Assembly (NCBI GenBank): GCA_963829105.1
Contig: CAWHHF010000023.1
Coordinates: 125,417-189,416 of the forward strand
Length of the DNA: 64,000 nucleotides
Direction: 5' to 3'
DNA from: an uncultured Chloroflexia bacterium
Lineage (GTDB): Bacteria; Chloroflexota; Limnocylindria; Limnocylindrales; CSP1-4
Shown here: positions 38,143-47,759 of the stretch, piece by piece
Layout: every line of letters begins with the position of its first letter
How positions within the stretch are numbered: the stretch's first letter is position 1
The notes under the pieces: generated by a model
Database searches by the model: none
Seen by the model: only the letters and a program-made list of their open reading frames with translations
Told to the model about the DNA's origin: nothing
Made by a program: the position numbers and the translations under genes

Positions 38143-39000
38143 TCAGTACCCCACCGACGGCATCCAGGCGCCGGCGGGCTCCTGGTAGATGCCGATCGTC
38201 ATCATGTTGGTGACGAAGAAGACGCGGAGCCCGTGGGCGAGGCACCAGCGGAACAGCTCCGTGTTCCGGAGCGGGACGAGGAAGCCCGGCGTGCCGAAGT
38301 CGGTCGCGGCGCCGATCATCGCCTTGAGGTCGTCGTTGGTCTCCGCGACCGAGTGGGCGAAGTACTGGATGCCGGCCGTGTAGCCCGTGATTCGCCCGAG
38401 GCGCTCCACCACCCGTGCGTCGCCCGCCTCGATCGCCTCGTGGACCTCGCCGTGCCGGTCGTGACCGTGGACGCGGAGGCAGAGGGCGTTGCAGGCCGCT
38501 TCGTCGCCCGGCGTCGCCACCCGGACGTCGTAGCCGGGCAACGCCAGGCCGAGCGGCGGCCCGTACATCGCGGCGAACGCTTCGCGGACGTCGAAGCCAA
38601 GCTTCGCGTACAGGCTGAGCGACCGGTTGTGGTACGAGATCTGAACCAGGCGGACGCCAGGGGCGTGACGCTCGGCGGCCCGGTCCAGCATGGCGGCCAT
38701 CAGCACGCGACCGATCCGGTGGTCCTGGGCCCGGGGATCGACGCTGACCGGCCCGATCGCGAAGATCGTCGAGCGCTCGTCGAGGAAGCTGCTGCCCACG
38801 ATCCGCCCGTCGGCCTCCGCCACGACGCCGTAGATGTCGGGGTGGTTGATGAGCCAGCGGATCGGCTCGGACGCCGCCGCGACCGTGGGGAAGTCATGCG
38901 GGAAGCCGTGGCGGTCCGCGACCGTCGCGAACGCCTCGTAGCAGATCCGGCCGGCCTCCACCCAGTCGGCGTCCACCGCCTCGCGAACCGTGACGTCCAT
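38143..39000 (-). CDS. GNAT-family N-acetyltransferase
   Basis: IGPVSVDPRAQDHRIGRVL, SLSLYAKLGF; GGAG RBS. Confidence 0.85.
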   Translation of the reverse strand: MDVTVREAVDADWVEAGRICYEAFATVADRHGFPHDFPTVAAASEPIRWLINHPDIYGVVAEADGRIVGSSFLDERSTIFAIGPVSVDPRAQDHRIGRVLMAAMLDRAAERHAPGVRLVQISYHNRSLSLYAKLGFDVREAFAAMYGPPLGLALPGYDVRVATPGDEAACNALCLRVHGHDRHGEVHEAIEAGDARVVERLGRITGYTAGIQYFAHSVAETNDDLKAMIGAATDFGTPGFLVPLRNTELFRWCLAHGLRVFFVTNMMTIGIYQEPAGAWMPSVGY

Positions 39001-39219
39001 TGCTTCTCCGATCGAGTCGCCGTGAGCCTGCCGCGGGCCCCATGGAAGGCCAGCCCACCAACCTGGCGATCGTTGGGCGGGAACGGCCCGGCCCGGTAGG
39101 GCCGAGGGACCCGGCGGGCGGGGTCGCAAGTCAACCAGCGACCCGGATCACCGAGCAGTGGCGCGGATCACCGGGGCCGGCCCGCGGCAGACCACCTGCG
39201 CCGGCGGGCCGGGCGTCCC

Positions 39220-40251
39220 TCAGCGCGTGAGCGTGATCTTCGAGATCGTGCGCGGCGCCTCCGTGTCGAGGCCCCGGGCGCGGGCCAGGTGGTAGGCGAA
39301 CAGCTGCGCCGGCAGGATCGTGACGATCGGGGCCAGCCATTCCGGTGCTCCGGCCGGGACCGGGATCCCATCCCCGAGCGAGCGAAGCGCGGCGTCGTCG
39401 GACAGGACGAGGAGCCTGGCCCGGGCCGCGCTCAATCGCGCGAGCAGCGCCCGCATGTCCGCCAGCAGCGGTCCGGCCGTGGCCACGGCGAGCACCGGGA
39501 ACCCGGCCTCCACGAGCGCGATCGGCCCATGCTCGAAGTCGGCGCCCGAGTAGGGGTCCGCCAGGACGTAGGCGAGCTCCTTGAGCTTGAGCGCCCACTC
39601 CCGGGCGGTGGCGTACTGGAATCCCCGGGCGAGGATGGCGCACCGGTCCTCGGCCGCCCATTCCCCGGCGAGCGCGACGACGACGTCCTCGACCTCGAGG
39701 GCCGTCCTCATCAGCCCGGGCAGCGCCCCGATGGCGGCGCTGGACGCATCGTCTCCGGAGATCGCAGCGGACAGCATCGCGAGGAGCGCCACCTCTGCGA
39801 CGTAGGTCTTGGTCGCCGCCACGGCATGCTCCGGACCCGCCCCCAGCTCGATGACGTGGGCGGCCACACCCGCGAGCTCGGACGCGGGATCGTTGGTGAG
39901 CGCGACGGTCACCGCCCCCTGCCGGCGGGCGTCCTCGAGCACCGCAACCACGTCCGGCGAGCGGCCCGACTGCGAGATGCCGATGACGAGCGCGTTCGGC
40001 ACCCGGGGCGAGCGGCCGTACACCGACGTGAGCGACGGGGCGGCCAGCGCCACCGGGAGGCCGTTGCGGGCGCCCAGGACGTACTGCGCGTAGATCGCGG
40101 CGTGGTCGGAGGTGCCGCGGGCCGCGATCAGCACCAGGTCGACATCGCGTTCGCGAACCAGCCGGGCGACGTCCGAGATCGGGCCCCCGGCGCGGTCCAG
40201 GAGCGTCGCGACGACGTCCGGCGCCTCGCCGAGCTCAGTGCGCATGCTCAT
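39220..40251 (-). CDS. SIS-domain protein (GlmS-like / isomerising glucosamine-6-P deaminase)
   Basis: ARGTSDHAA, ISQSGRSPD, VAATKTY, ALKLKE, HGP, C-terminal SKITLT. Confidence 0.85.
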   Translation of the reverse strand: MSMRTELGEAPDVVATLLDRAGGPISDVARLVRERDVDLVLIAARGTSDHAAIYAQYVLGARNGLPVALAAPSLTSVYGRSPRVPNALVIGISQSGRSPDVVAVLEDARRQGAVTVALTNDPASELAGVAAHVIELGAGPEHAVAATKTYVAEVALLAMLSAAISGDDASSAAIGALPGLMRTALEVEDVVVALAGEWAAEDRCAILARGFQYATAREWALKLKELAYVLADPYSGADFEHGPIALVEAGFPVLAVATAGPLLADMRALLARLSAARARLLVLSDDAALRSLGDGIPVPAGAPEWLAPIVTILPAQLFAYHLARARGLDTEAPRTISKITLTR

Positions 40252-40399
40252 CTCCTGAGCCTACCCGACACCTGTCCGGCGCGCTCGATCGTCAACCTGG
40301 ATCGGCCTCCGGCGGCCACGGATCCCGAGCGCAATCCGCGACGTCGCTCCGGGCGTATGGGGAGCAACGACTCATCCGCCTGAACCGATGGAGACCGTC

Positions 40400-40591
40400 A
40401 TGCGACCCTCCCGCGTTGTCCTCGCCGCCCTGTTCGCGCTCGTCGGGCTGGTCTGGATCGGCCAGGGCACCGGAGCCATCGGCGGAAGTGCGATGAGCGG
40501 CAGTCCGTTCTGGGCCGTCGTGGGGGCGGTGCTGATCGTCATCGCGGTGGCGATCCTCGTCCTCGAGCGGCGGCCGCACGCCCGGGGCTGA
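40400..40591 (+). CDS. Small two-TM membrane protein
   Basis: GGAG RBS; GLVWIGQG..GS.MSG...W between two hydrophobic helices. Confidence 0.7.
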   Translation: MRPSRVVLAALFALVGLVWIGQGTGAIGGSAMSGSPFWAVVGAVLIVIAVAILVLERRPHARG

Positions 40592-40760
40592 TCCACCGGG
40601 CCGATCCTTCCGGTTGATGTTCCCCGGCTTCCCGGGGATGACGACGCCGGTCGACGCCCAGGGGGCCGGACCGCGCCCCGATCCGCGCGACGATCACGCG
40701 GGGTGCAAACTGGCACCTTGACCGTGCGGTCCCGGCCTTCGCCCGGGTCCGGCGCGGCCG

Positions 40761-42218
40761 ATGACAGGTCCCGCCGTGCAGCGCAAGTGGCTCATCCTCA
40801 CCGCGGTCTCGCTCGGCTCGCTCATGTCCACGCTGGACGGCAGCATCGTCAACATCGCGATGCCATCGATCCAGCGCGATTTCGGCATCGACCTGACGGC
40901 CGTCGAGTGGGTGTCCGTGGCCTACCTCCTGGTGGTCGGCAGCCTGCTGCTGCCCGTGGGCCGGCTCGGCGAGGTGCTCACGTTCAAGCGCGTGTATCTC
41001 GTGGGGTTCACGATCTTCACGCTGGCCAGCGTCTGCTGCGGCCTGTCGCCGACCCCGGCCGTGCTGGTCGCGTTCCGAGCCGTCCAGGGGGTGGGCGCGG
41101 CGATGATCATGGCCATGGGCCCCGCCATCGTGGCCCGGACCTTCGCGCCGTTCGAGCGGGGACGGGCCCTGGGCCTCAACGGCGTCAGCGTCTCGATCGG
41201 GCTCACCCTGGGACCGGTGCTCGGCGGGATCCTCACCCAGGTCGGGACATGGCGGGCGATCTTCCTGATCAACGTCCCGATCGGCGTGCTGGCCATCATC
41301 TGGGCGGCTCGCGTGCTCCCCGCGGAGGCATCGGGCAAGGGCCAGTCGTTCGACGTCCGGGGCGCCGTGCTCTCGGGGGGCGCGCTGTTCGCGCTCCTGC
41401 TGGCGCTCAGCGAAGGCCAGGACTGGGGGTGGACCAGCCCCGCGACGATCGGCCTCGTGGTCGCCTCGATCGTCCTGGGCCTGGCGCTCGTCGCCGTGGA
41501 GCGCGCGGCCCTGCAGCCGCTGATCGACCTGGCCCTGTTCCGGATCAGGGCGTTCGCGGCGGGCCTGGCCAGCGTCATCGTCGCCTTCGCCGGGCTGTTC
41601 ACCGCGACCTTCCTGCTCCCGTTCCTGCTCCAGCAGGGCTCCGGCTTCTCCCCCATCGAGGCCGGCCTGCTATTGACGCCTGTGCCGATCACGATGGCGA
41701 TCGTGGCGCCCTTCAGCGGGGCCGCGTCCGACCGGTTCGGGCCACGAGTGCTGGCCAGCGCGGGGATGGCCATCATGACCCTCGGGCTCCTGAGCCTGAC
41801 CCAGCTGCCAGTGGACTTCGCGCTCCCGGACCTGGTCTGGCGGCTCGTCCTGCTGGGCCTCGGGCAGGGCCTGTTCATGAGCCCCAACAGCAGCGCGGTG
41901 CTCGGCTCCGTGCCGCGCGGTCGCATTGGCACCGCGTCGGGCACGCTGGCCCAGATGCGCGTCGTGGGCCAGGCGCTGGGGATCGCGCTCAGCGCCGCCG
42001 TCGTGGCCACGCGCCTCCCGGTCCACCTTGCGGAGTCCGGCCCCGGGACGCCGGCCGCCCAGGCGAGCGCGGCGCTCGCGGGCGCGATCCACGACGCGTT
42101 CGTGGTCGCCGCCGCCATCTGCTCCATCGGGATCGTGACCAGCCTGGTCCGCGGGTCGGGCCGGTCCAGCCGCGCGGAGGCGGAGCCGGTGCCGGTCGCC
42201 CTGGACGCCAGCGCCTAG
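40761..42218 (+). CDS. MFS transporter, DHA2 (EmrB/QacA) family
   Basis: LDGSIVNIAMPSI, GRLGE..., FRAVQG.G, WRAIFLINVPIG; 14 TM pattern. Confidence 0.9.
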   Translation: MTGPAVQRKWLILTAVSLGSLMSTLDGSIVNIAMPSIQRDFGIDLTAVEWVSVAYLLVVGSLLLPVGRLGEVLTFKRVYLVGFTIFTLASVCCGLSPTPAVLVAFRAVQGVGAAMIMAMGPAIVARTFAPFERGRALGLNGVSVSIGLTLGPVLGGILTQVGTWRAIFLINVPIGVLAIIWAARVLPAEASGKGQSFDVRGAVLSGGALFALLLALSEGQDWGWTSPATIGLVVASIVLGLALVAVERAALQPLIDLALFRIRAFAAGLASVIVAFAGLFTATFLLPFLLQQGSGFSPIEAGLLLTPVPITMAIVAPFSGAASDRFGPRVLASAGMAIMTLGLLSLTQLPVDFALPDLVWRLVLLGLGQGLFMSPNSSAVLGSVPRGRIGTASGTLAQMRVVGQALGIALSAAVVATRLPVHLAESGPGTPAAQASAALAGAIHDAFVVAAAICSIGIVTSLVRGSGRSSRAEAEPVPVALDASA

Positions 42219-42228
42219 CGAGGCATCG

Positions 42229-42392
42229 ATGCAGGCCCATGTCGTCCTGGCCCACCCCGAACCGGCGTCGTTCAACGCCCACCTGGCGGCCATCGCGCGC
42301 CGGACGCTCGCGGACCGGACGGCCGCATCGTCACCGGCGCGCCGGTCTGCTCGCCGTTCATCCGGCGCATGGCGCGGCAGGAGCCGGAATAG
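42229..42392 (+). pseudogene. Remnant of a flavodoxin-fold NAD(P)H dehydrogenase (internal deletion)
   Basis: MQAHVVLAHPEPASFNAHL is the typical N-terminus of the family; similarity stops after ~28 codons. A different frame gives DGRIVTGAPVCSPFIRR...stop. Confidence 0.6.
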
Positions 42393-42507
42393 GAGGGGTC
42401 CGGAGCCGGATCGGGAACCGCTGGCCCCGGAATCGGGAGCGGCCGGCCCCGGAATCGGGCGGTCGCCCGGGGCGACGATCCGCCGGGCGACCGCGTCCGG
42501 TCCCGGG

Positions 42508-43587
42508 TCAGGGGAAGCGGTTGAACCAGACTGCGGCGAGGCCGGCACCGGCCACGACCAGCAGGAGAGCTCCCGCGGCGAACCACTGGGTGACCTCCTG
42601 CTGCTCCTGGGTGTAGCCCACCTTCGATCCGAGGCTCTGGTAGATCGTCGCCAGGTCTGCCGCGGTGGGCGCCTGGAAGGAGCGCGCGCCGGTGGTCTCG
42701 GCGATCGAGGCCAGCGTCTCGGGATCGGGCGGGACCGACAGGTGGTGCATGACGCCCTGGTCGTCCGGCACGTCGACCACGCCGCTGGCGGTGCCGAGCG
42801 CGATGGTGTACACGGGCACGCCGGCGGCGGCGGCCATGGAGGCCGCCTGGAGCGGCTCGATGCGACCAGTGGAGTTCGCACCGTCCGAGAGGAGCACGGT
42901 CGCCGCGAGCGGGGGTTCCGTCGGCGTTGTCGTGCCGGGAGCCGGTGACGAACCCGGAGCCGGGACGGAGGCGGCCGGCGGGGACGAGGGGGCCGGCGGG
43001 GACGAGGAGGCCGGCCCGGTGGCGCCGGTGCCGGGGCCGTTCGACGTCCCGTCGGCCTTGGCGGCCTGGATGGACAGCGCGACGGCGTCCCCCAATGCGG
43101 TCCCGCCACCGGCCTGGAGGTTGTCGATGGCGCTGTGGACCTCGGCCCGGTCGCTGGTGGGCGCGAGGACGATCCGGGCCTCGGTCGAGAAGGCGACGAG
43201 ACCCACCCGGAAGCCGGCCGGAAGCTGGTCGACGAACGTCGTCGCGGCGGCTTTGGCCGCGTCGAGGCGGCTGGGGCTGACGTCTGTCGCCTGCATCGAG
43301 CCGGAGACGTCCATGGTCAGGATCACGGTCGCCTCCTCGCGCGGCACGGCGACGATCATCGACGGCCGGGCCAGGGCGATGCCGAGCGCCGCGATGGCCG
43401 CCAGGTAGAGCGCCGGAGGCACGTGACGCCGCCAGCGTGGTGATCTCGGCACGATGTTCGCGAGCAGGTCCACGTTGGTGAACCGGACCGCATACCGCGA
43501 ACGGCGGCGCTGGACGATCAGGTAGGCGAGGAGCGCCGCGGGCACGAGAAGCAGGGCGAGCAGCAGGAGCGGGCTGGCGAAGGTCAT
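42508..43587 (-). CDS. VWA-domain membrane protein (BatA-like)
   Basis: MTFASPLLL, ALARP, MIDAS DVSGSM, GTALGDA, LLSDG, C-terminal TM. Confidence 0.9.
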   Translation of the reverse strand: MTFASPLLLLALLLVPAALLAYLIVQRRRSRYAVRFTNVDLLANIVPRSPRWRRHVPPALYLAAIAALGIALARPSMIVAVPREEATVILTMDVSGSMQATDVSPSRLDAAKAAATTFVDQLPAGFRVGLVAFSTEARIVLAPTSDRAEVHSAIDNLQAGGGTALGDAVALSIQAAKADGTSNGPGTGATGPASSSPPAPSSPPAASVPAPGSSPAPGTTTPTEPPLAATVLLSDGANSTGRIEPLQAASMAAAAGVPVYTIALGTASGVVDVPDDQGVMHHLSVPPDPETLASIAETTGARSFQAPTAADLATIYQSLGSKVGYTQEQQEVTQWFAAGALLLVVAGAGLAAVWFNRFP

Positions 43588-44522
43588 GCGACGAGCCCCC
43601 GGGTGCGCAGCTGGGCCGCGAGGGACCGCAGCCAGCTGCCCGACGTGGACAGCACGATGTGACGGGCGCCGAGCGCGCCGAGCTCGCGGACGAGCGTGGC
43701 CCGCTCCAGGGCCGCCTCGGCTGCGAAACGCGCGCGGAGGCGAGCGGACGAGGTGTCCACCCGGACCTCCCGGCCGGTCTCGCTGTCGACCAGGGTGAGG
43801 TCGCCCACGTCGGTGAGCTCGTCCTCGCGAGGATCGCGGATCTCGACCGTGAGCAGGTGATGGCGCGCCGCCACGGCGGCCAGCAGCGGATGCCAGTCCC
43901 GCGGGCCGCGGAAGTCGGAGACCAGGACGACCAGCCCACCGCGCGCGGCCCCGCCCGCCACGAACCGCAGGGCGGTCGCGGGCGACGAGACGGCGTGGGT
44001 TCCCGGCTCGGCGTCGCCGGGGCGCGTGGAGAGGGCGGCGAGCAGCCCGGCCCGGCCGCCACGCGGCGCCGTGCGCCGGTCGACGGGACCGCCGAAGGTC
44101 AGGACGCCCAACCGGTTGCCGTGACGCGTGGACAGGTGGCCGATCGCCATGGCCACGCCCTCGGCGACGTCGGCCTTGCGCCGGTCGGCCGTCCCGAACG
44201 TCATCGACGGCGACGCGTCCAGGAGCAGCCACGTCGTCAGCGACCGCTCCGGGACATGGACCCGTACGTGGGGGATCGCCATTCTCGCCGTGACGTTCCA
44301 GTCCATCCGGCGGATGTCGTCGCCCGGCTCGTAGGGGCGGACCTGCGCGAGCTCGGTGCCGCCGCCCAGCTCGTGGGCCCGGAACTCGCCGGGGACGAGG
44401 CCGTGGATCCGGCGCCCGATCGTGATGTCGAGGGCGCGGAGAAGGGCCGCAGGCGTCGGGCCCGGCCCGGGCCGCGCGGGTGACCGCACCGGCGTGAGGG
44501 TGGACAATGCCGGGCCCGTCAC
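43584..44522 (-). CDS. DUF58-domain protein
   Basis: RPYEPGDDIRRMDWNVTAR, LDASPSMTFGT, VSDF, DPRE. Confidence 0.9.
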   Translation of the reverse strand: MTGPALSTLTPVRSPARPGPGPTPAALLRALDITIGRRIHGLVPGEFRAHELGGGTELAQVRPYEPGDDIRRMDWNVTARMAIPHVRVHVPERSLTTWLLLDASPSMTFGTADRRKADVAEGVAMAIGHLSTRHGNRLGVLTFGGPVDRRTAPRGGRAGLLAALSTRPGDAEPGTHAVSSPATALRFVAGGAARGGLVVLVSDFRGPRDWHPLLAAVAARHHLLTVEIRDPREDELTDVGDLTLVDSETGREVRVDTSSARLRARFAAEAALERATLVRELGALGARHIVLSTSGSWLRSLAAQLRTRGLVA

Positions 44523-45619
44523 GCGGTGCGCTCCTCTGTCACCCGGCGCGGCGCCGGGACGGATGGAATGATCGCCTCGAGCAGGCGATCGGTTGAGACT
44601 TCCTCGGCCAGGGCGGTGAAGCTCGGGACGAGGCGATGGCGGAGCACGTCCGGGGCGAGCTCCGCGACATCGCTCGGCAGCACGTACCGGCGTCCGCGGA
44701 TCAGCGCCAGGGCACGGGCCGCATGGATGAGGTTGATCGAGCCACGCGGGCTGGCGCCGAAGGCGATGTAGGGCTGAAGGTCGGGCAGGCCCACCCGTCC
44801 GGGCTCACGGGTGGCGTTGACGATCGCGACCGCGTAGGCCACGATGGCCGGGTCGACGTAGATGTGGGGAGCCGCAGCCTGGAGCTCGGCGAGGCCGTCC
44901 GCCGTCAGGACCGCCCGCACCTCGGGAGCCGGGCGCAGCGACCGCTCCACGACCGTCGCCTCCTCGGCGGACGTCGGGTAGCCCACGACGACCTTCATCA
45001 TGAACCGGTCGACCTGCGCCTCCGGCAGCGGGTAGGTGCCCTCGGACTCGATGGGGTTCTGGGTGGCCATCACGAGGAACGGCCGCGGGACGGGATGGCT
45101 CTCGTGACCGATCGTGACCTGGCGCTCCTGCATCACCTCGAGCAGCGCCGACTGGACCTTGGCCGGCGCCCGGTTGATCTCGTCGGCGAGGAGGAAGTTG
45201 CAGAACACGGGGCCGAGCTCCGTGTCGAAGGTGCCCGAGTCGGGCCGGTAGATCCGCGTCCCCACCAGGTCGCCCGGGACCAGGTCGGGCGTGAACTGGA
45301 TCCGGCGGAACGACGCGTCCATGGCGTCGGCGAGCGTCCGGATGGTCAGGGTCTTGGCCAGCCCGGGCACGCCCTCGAGCAGGAGGTGACCGCCGGACAG
45401 CAGCGCCACGAGGATTCGCTCGAGCATCGCATCCTGCCCGACGATCACGCGCCGGATCTCGAACAGGACGGCCTCGGCGGTGGTCCGGGGGTCGAGCGGA
45501 GCCGGCGGGACGGCGGGGCTCGGCGGGGCGACACGGCCCGGCACGGCGACGGGGCTCGGCGGGGCGACGGGGCTCGGCGGGGCGACGGGCGCGACGAACC
45601 CGCGGGGGGAGTCGGTCAT
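44519..45619 (-). CDS. moxR: MoxR-family AAA+ ATPase
   Basis: HLLLEGVPGLAKT, RIQFTPDL, LADEINRAPAKVQSALLE, ATQNPIESEGTYPLPEAQVDRF, GASPR. Confidence 0.93.
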   Translation of the reverse strand: MTDSPRGFVAPVAPPSPVAPPSPVAVPGRVAPPSPAVPPAPLDPRTTAEAVLFEIRRVIVGQDAMLERILVALLSGGHLLLEGVPGLAKTLTIRTLADAMDASFRRIQFTPDLVPGDLVGTRIYRPDSGTFDTELGPVFCNFLLADEINRAPAKVQSALLEVMQERQVTIGHESHPVPRPFLVMATQNPIESEGTYPLPEAQVDRFMMKVVVGYPTSAEEATVVERSLRPAPEVRAVLTADGLAELQAAAPHIYVDPAIVAYAVAIVNATREPGRVGLPDLQPYIAFGASPRGSINLIHAARALALIRGRRYVLPSDVAELAPDVLRHRLVPSFTALAEEVSTDRLLEAIIPSVPAPRRVTEERTA

Positions 45620-45718
45620 GGGGTCTCCTGCGCCCGTGGGCCCGGGCTCGATTGCGGTGTCCCGAGCGGTCGGCACCCTCAGTGGACGCGGTCGGTCGAG
45701 TTGATCTTCACCGGCCAC

Positions 45719-45735
45719 CATGAGAGTTGCATGAG
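45719..45735 (-). promoter_or_regulatory. Candidate OmpR-family (MprA-like) box
   Basis: CTCATG-N5-CTCATG on the minus strand (11-bp period), ~100 bp upstream of moxR. Confidence 0.4.
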
Positions 45736-45799
45736 GGCGACCGGCCGCGAGATGGAGCCGCCCCCCGGGACGAGCTGGGGCGGCCACCGGACAGACGAA

Positions 45800-45830
45800 G
45801 ACGGGACCGTCGCTCGTCGACGGTCCCGTC
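45800..45830 (-). terminator. Stem-loop terminator candidate downstream of htrA
   Basis: GACGGGACCGTCG-ctcgt-CGACGGTCCCGTC, 13-bp perfect stem. Confidence 0.6.
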
Positions 45831-45855
45831 CCGGGGTGCGGGTGATCGCGATTGG

Positions 45856-47448
45856 CTACTGGGTGGCCGGGCGGGTCCCGAGCGTCACCTTGACCTGGGT
45901 GGTCTGTCCGTTCCGGAGAACGTCAAGCGTGATCGTCTGACCGGGTGCGTTCTGGCTCATCACGAGGTCGAGCGGGTGCGTCGCATCAAGCGCCGTGCCG
46001 TTGACCGCGGTGATGATGTCTCCGGCCTGGAGTCCGGCCTGCGCCGCGGGGCTGCCGGCGACGATCGGATCCGTGGCCGGGACCGATCCGCCGGTCTGGC
46101 CCTGCGCGTTCGGGTTCTGGTTGAACGGAGCGAACGGGTTGGTTCCCTGGCCGCCCTGGGCGTTCGGGTCCTGGCCGGCGCTGCCCTGGGCGGAGAGCGC
46201 CGTCGCCGTGGGGATCCAGGCGCCGTTGTCGACGGGCAGGCTCGCATCGCTCTTGATGGTCGGGGTGATGGTCTCGAATCGGATTCCGAGCCATGGGCGG
46301 GCCAGCGCCTGCCCGGCCGAGGCCTGGGCGAGCAGCGGGCGCGCGATGTTGATCGGGATCGCGAAGCCGATGCCCTGGCTGGAGCTGGCGACGGCGGTGT
46401 TGATGCCGATGACGGCACCGGTCGGGTCGAGGAGCGGCCCGCCGCTGTTGCCCGGGTTGATCGCGGTGTCGGTCTGGATGAGGTTGGTCAGCTCGCCGGT
46501 GTCGACCGGGATGCTGCGCCCGATGGCGGAGATGATCCCGCTCGTGACGGAGTCCGTGAACTCGCCCAGCGGGCTGCCGATGGCGATGGCCTCCTGGCCG
46601 ACCTGGATGGTGGACGAGTCGCCGATCGGGGCCGTCGGGAGGCCGGTCGCGTTGACCTTGACGATCGCGAGGTCGGTCAGGGTGTCGACGCCGTAGACGG
46701 TCGCGTCGAACGAGCGGCCGTCCTTGAGGTTGACGGTCAGCTTCGACGGGTTGCCAGCCACGACGTGGTGGTTGGTGAGGATCAGGCCCTTGGAGTCGAA
46801 GATGATGCCGGAGCCGGTCGCCGTCCCGACGCCGGTCTGCCCGGTGGTGGGATCAGTCTCGGTGACACCCTCGGCGACGATCGTGACGACGGCCGGGCTG
46901 ACGGCCTTGACGATGTCGACGACCGAGGCCTGTCCGCCGGCCGGGGCCAGCGGGGCGGTGGTCGCGGCCGGCCCCTGCGTGCCGGGACCGGAGCCCGCGG
47001 CGGTCGTGGTGAACACCGGGGGCTGGGTCGCGGCCGTGTTGCCGAGGCCGGCGGCACTCATCGCGAGATAGGTCCCACCCGACGTGAGCACTGCCGTCGC
47101 GACGACCGCGGCGATCACGAGCCCGACGCCTGACGAGCGGCGCGCGGCGGGGGACTTCGGGGCGGACGCGGCCGGCTCCGGCAGGGCGAACGAAGGCTGG
47201 CCCCAGGTGGCGGTCCCGGGCCCGGTCGGGGGCTCCGGGGGAGCGTATGCGGGCTGCGACCAGGCCGCGGGCCGTGGGGCCACCGGGGGCGCGAAGGCCG
47301 CGGGGGCTGCCGGGGGCGCGAAGGTCGGGACCACCGGCTCGGTCGGCGACTCGGCCGGGTATGGGGCCACGGCAGGCGGGATTGCGGGCGCGAGCCCGTC
47401 CGGCGCTTGCTGCGGCGCGTCGGAGGACGAGGCGTTGGGATCGTGCAT
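45856..47448 (-). CDS. htrA: HtrA/DegP-family serine protease (TM anchor, trypsin domain, PDZ)
   Basis: TGSG, LTNHHV, DLA, IQTDTAINPGNSGGPL, GIGFAIP, SPAAQAGLQAGDII. Confidence 0.92.
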   Translation of the reverse strand: MHDPNASSSDAPQQAPDGLAPAIPPAVAPYPAESPTEPVVPTFAPPAAPAAFAPPVAPRPAAWSQPAYAPPEPPTGPGTATWGQPSFALPEPAASAPKSPAARRSSGVGLVIAAVVATAVLTSGGTYLAMSAAGLGNTAATQPPVFTTTAAGSGPGTQGPAATTAPLAPAGGQASVVDIVKAVSPAVVTIVAEGVTETDPTTGQTGVGTATGSGIIFDSKGLILTNHHVVAGNPSKLTVNLKDGRSFDATVYGVDTLTDLAIVKVNATGLPTAPIGDSSTIQVGQEAIAIGSPLGEFTDSVTSGIISAIGRSIPVDTGELTNLIQTDTAINPGNSGGPLLDPTGAVIGINTAVASSSQGIGFAIPINIARPLLAQASAGQALARPWLGIRFETITPTIKSDASLPVDNGAWIPTATALSAQGSAGQDPNAQGGQGTNPFAPFNQNPNAQGQTGGSVPATDPIVAGSPAAQAGLQAGDIITAVNGTALDATHPLDLVMSQNAPGQTITLDVLRNGQTTQVKVTLGTRPATQ

Positions 47449-47759
47449 GCGTGGGTAACCTCTCGCCCGGGCGCCCACACCTGTCGGCGCGAATGATCAC
47501 GGGCTGTCTGGAACCCACGCTCGCCGAACTGTCTGAGAGTCCGGTGATAGGTCGCGCGACCTTGCGATTCCTTATCCGGATCGCATCGTCCGGATCGCTT
47601 CTCCAAGTGACCCACGGCACACGGGACGCATCGGAGGGCTCAGGCGGCGAGGCGCCCCCGGGGGTGAGGCGCCCCGGTGCACCCGGAGGCCCCTGCGGAC
47701 GCCATTCGCGCCTGCAGCGGCCTCCGGCCCCCTGGGTGGCTGGTTCGGGCCCGGGCGTC

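Noticed and set aside
45510-45590. 18-bp repeats at the moxR 5' end and Ala/Pro/Thr repeats in the SBP and VWA genes
   Set aside because: In-frame low-complexity linkers, ordinary for such proteins.
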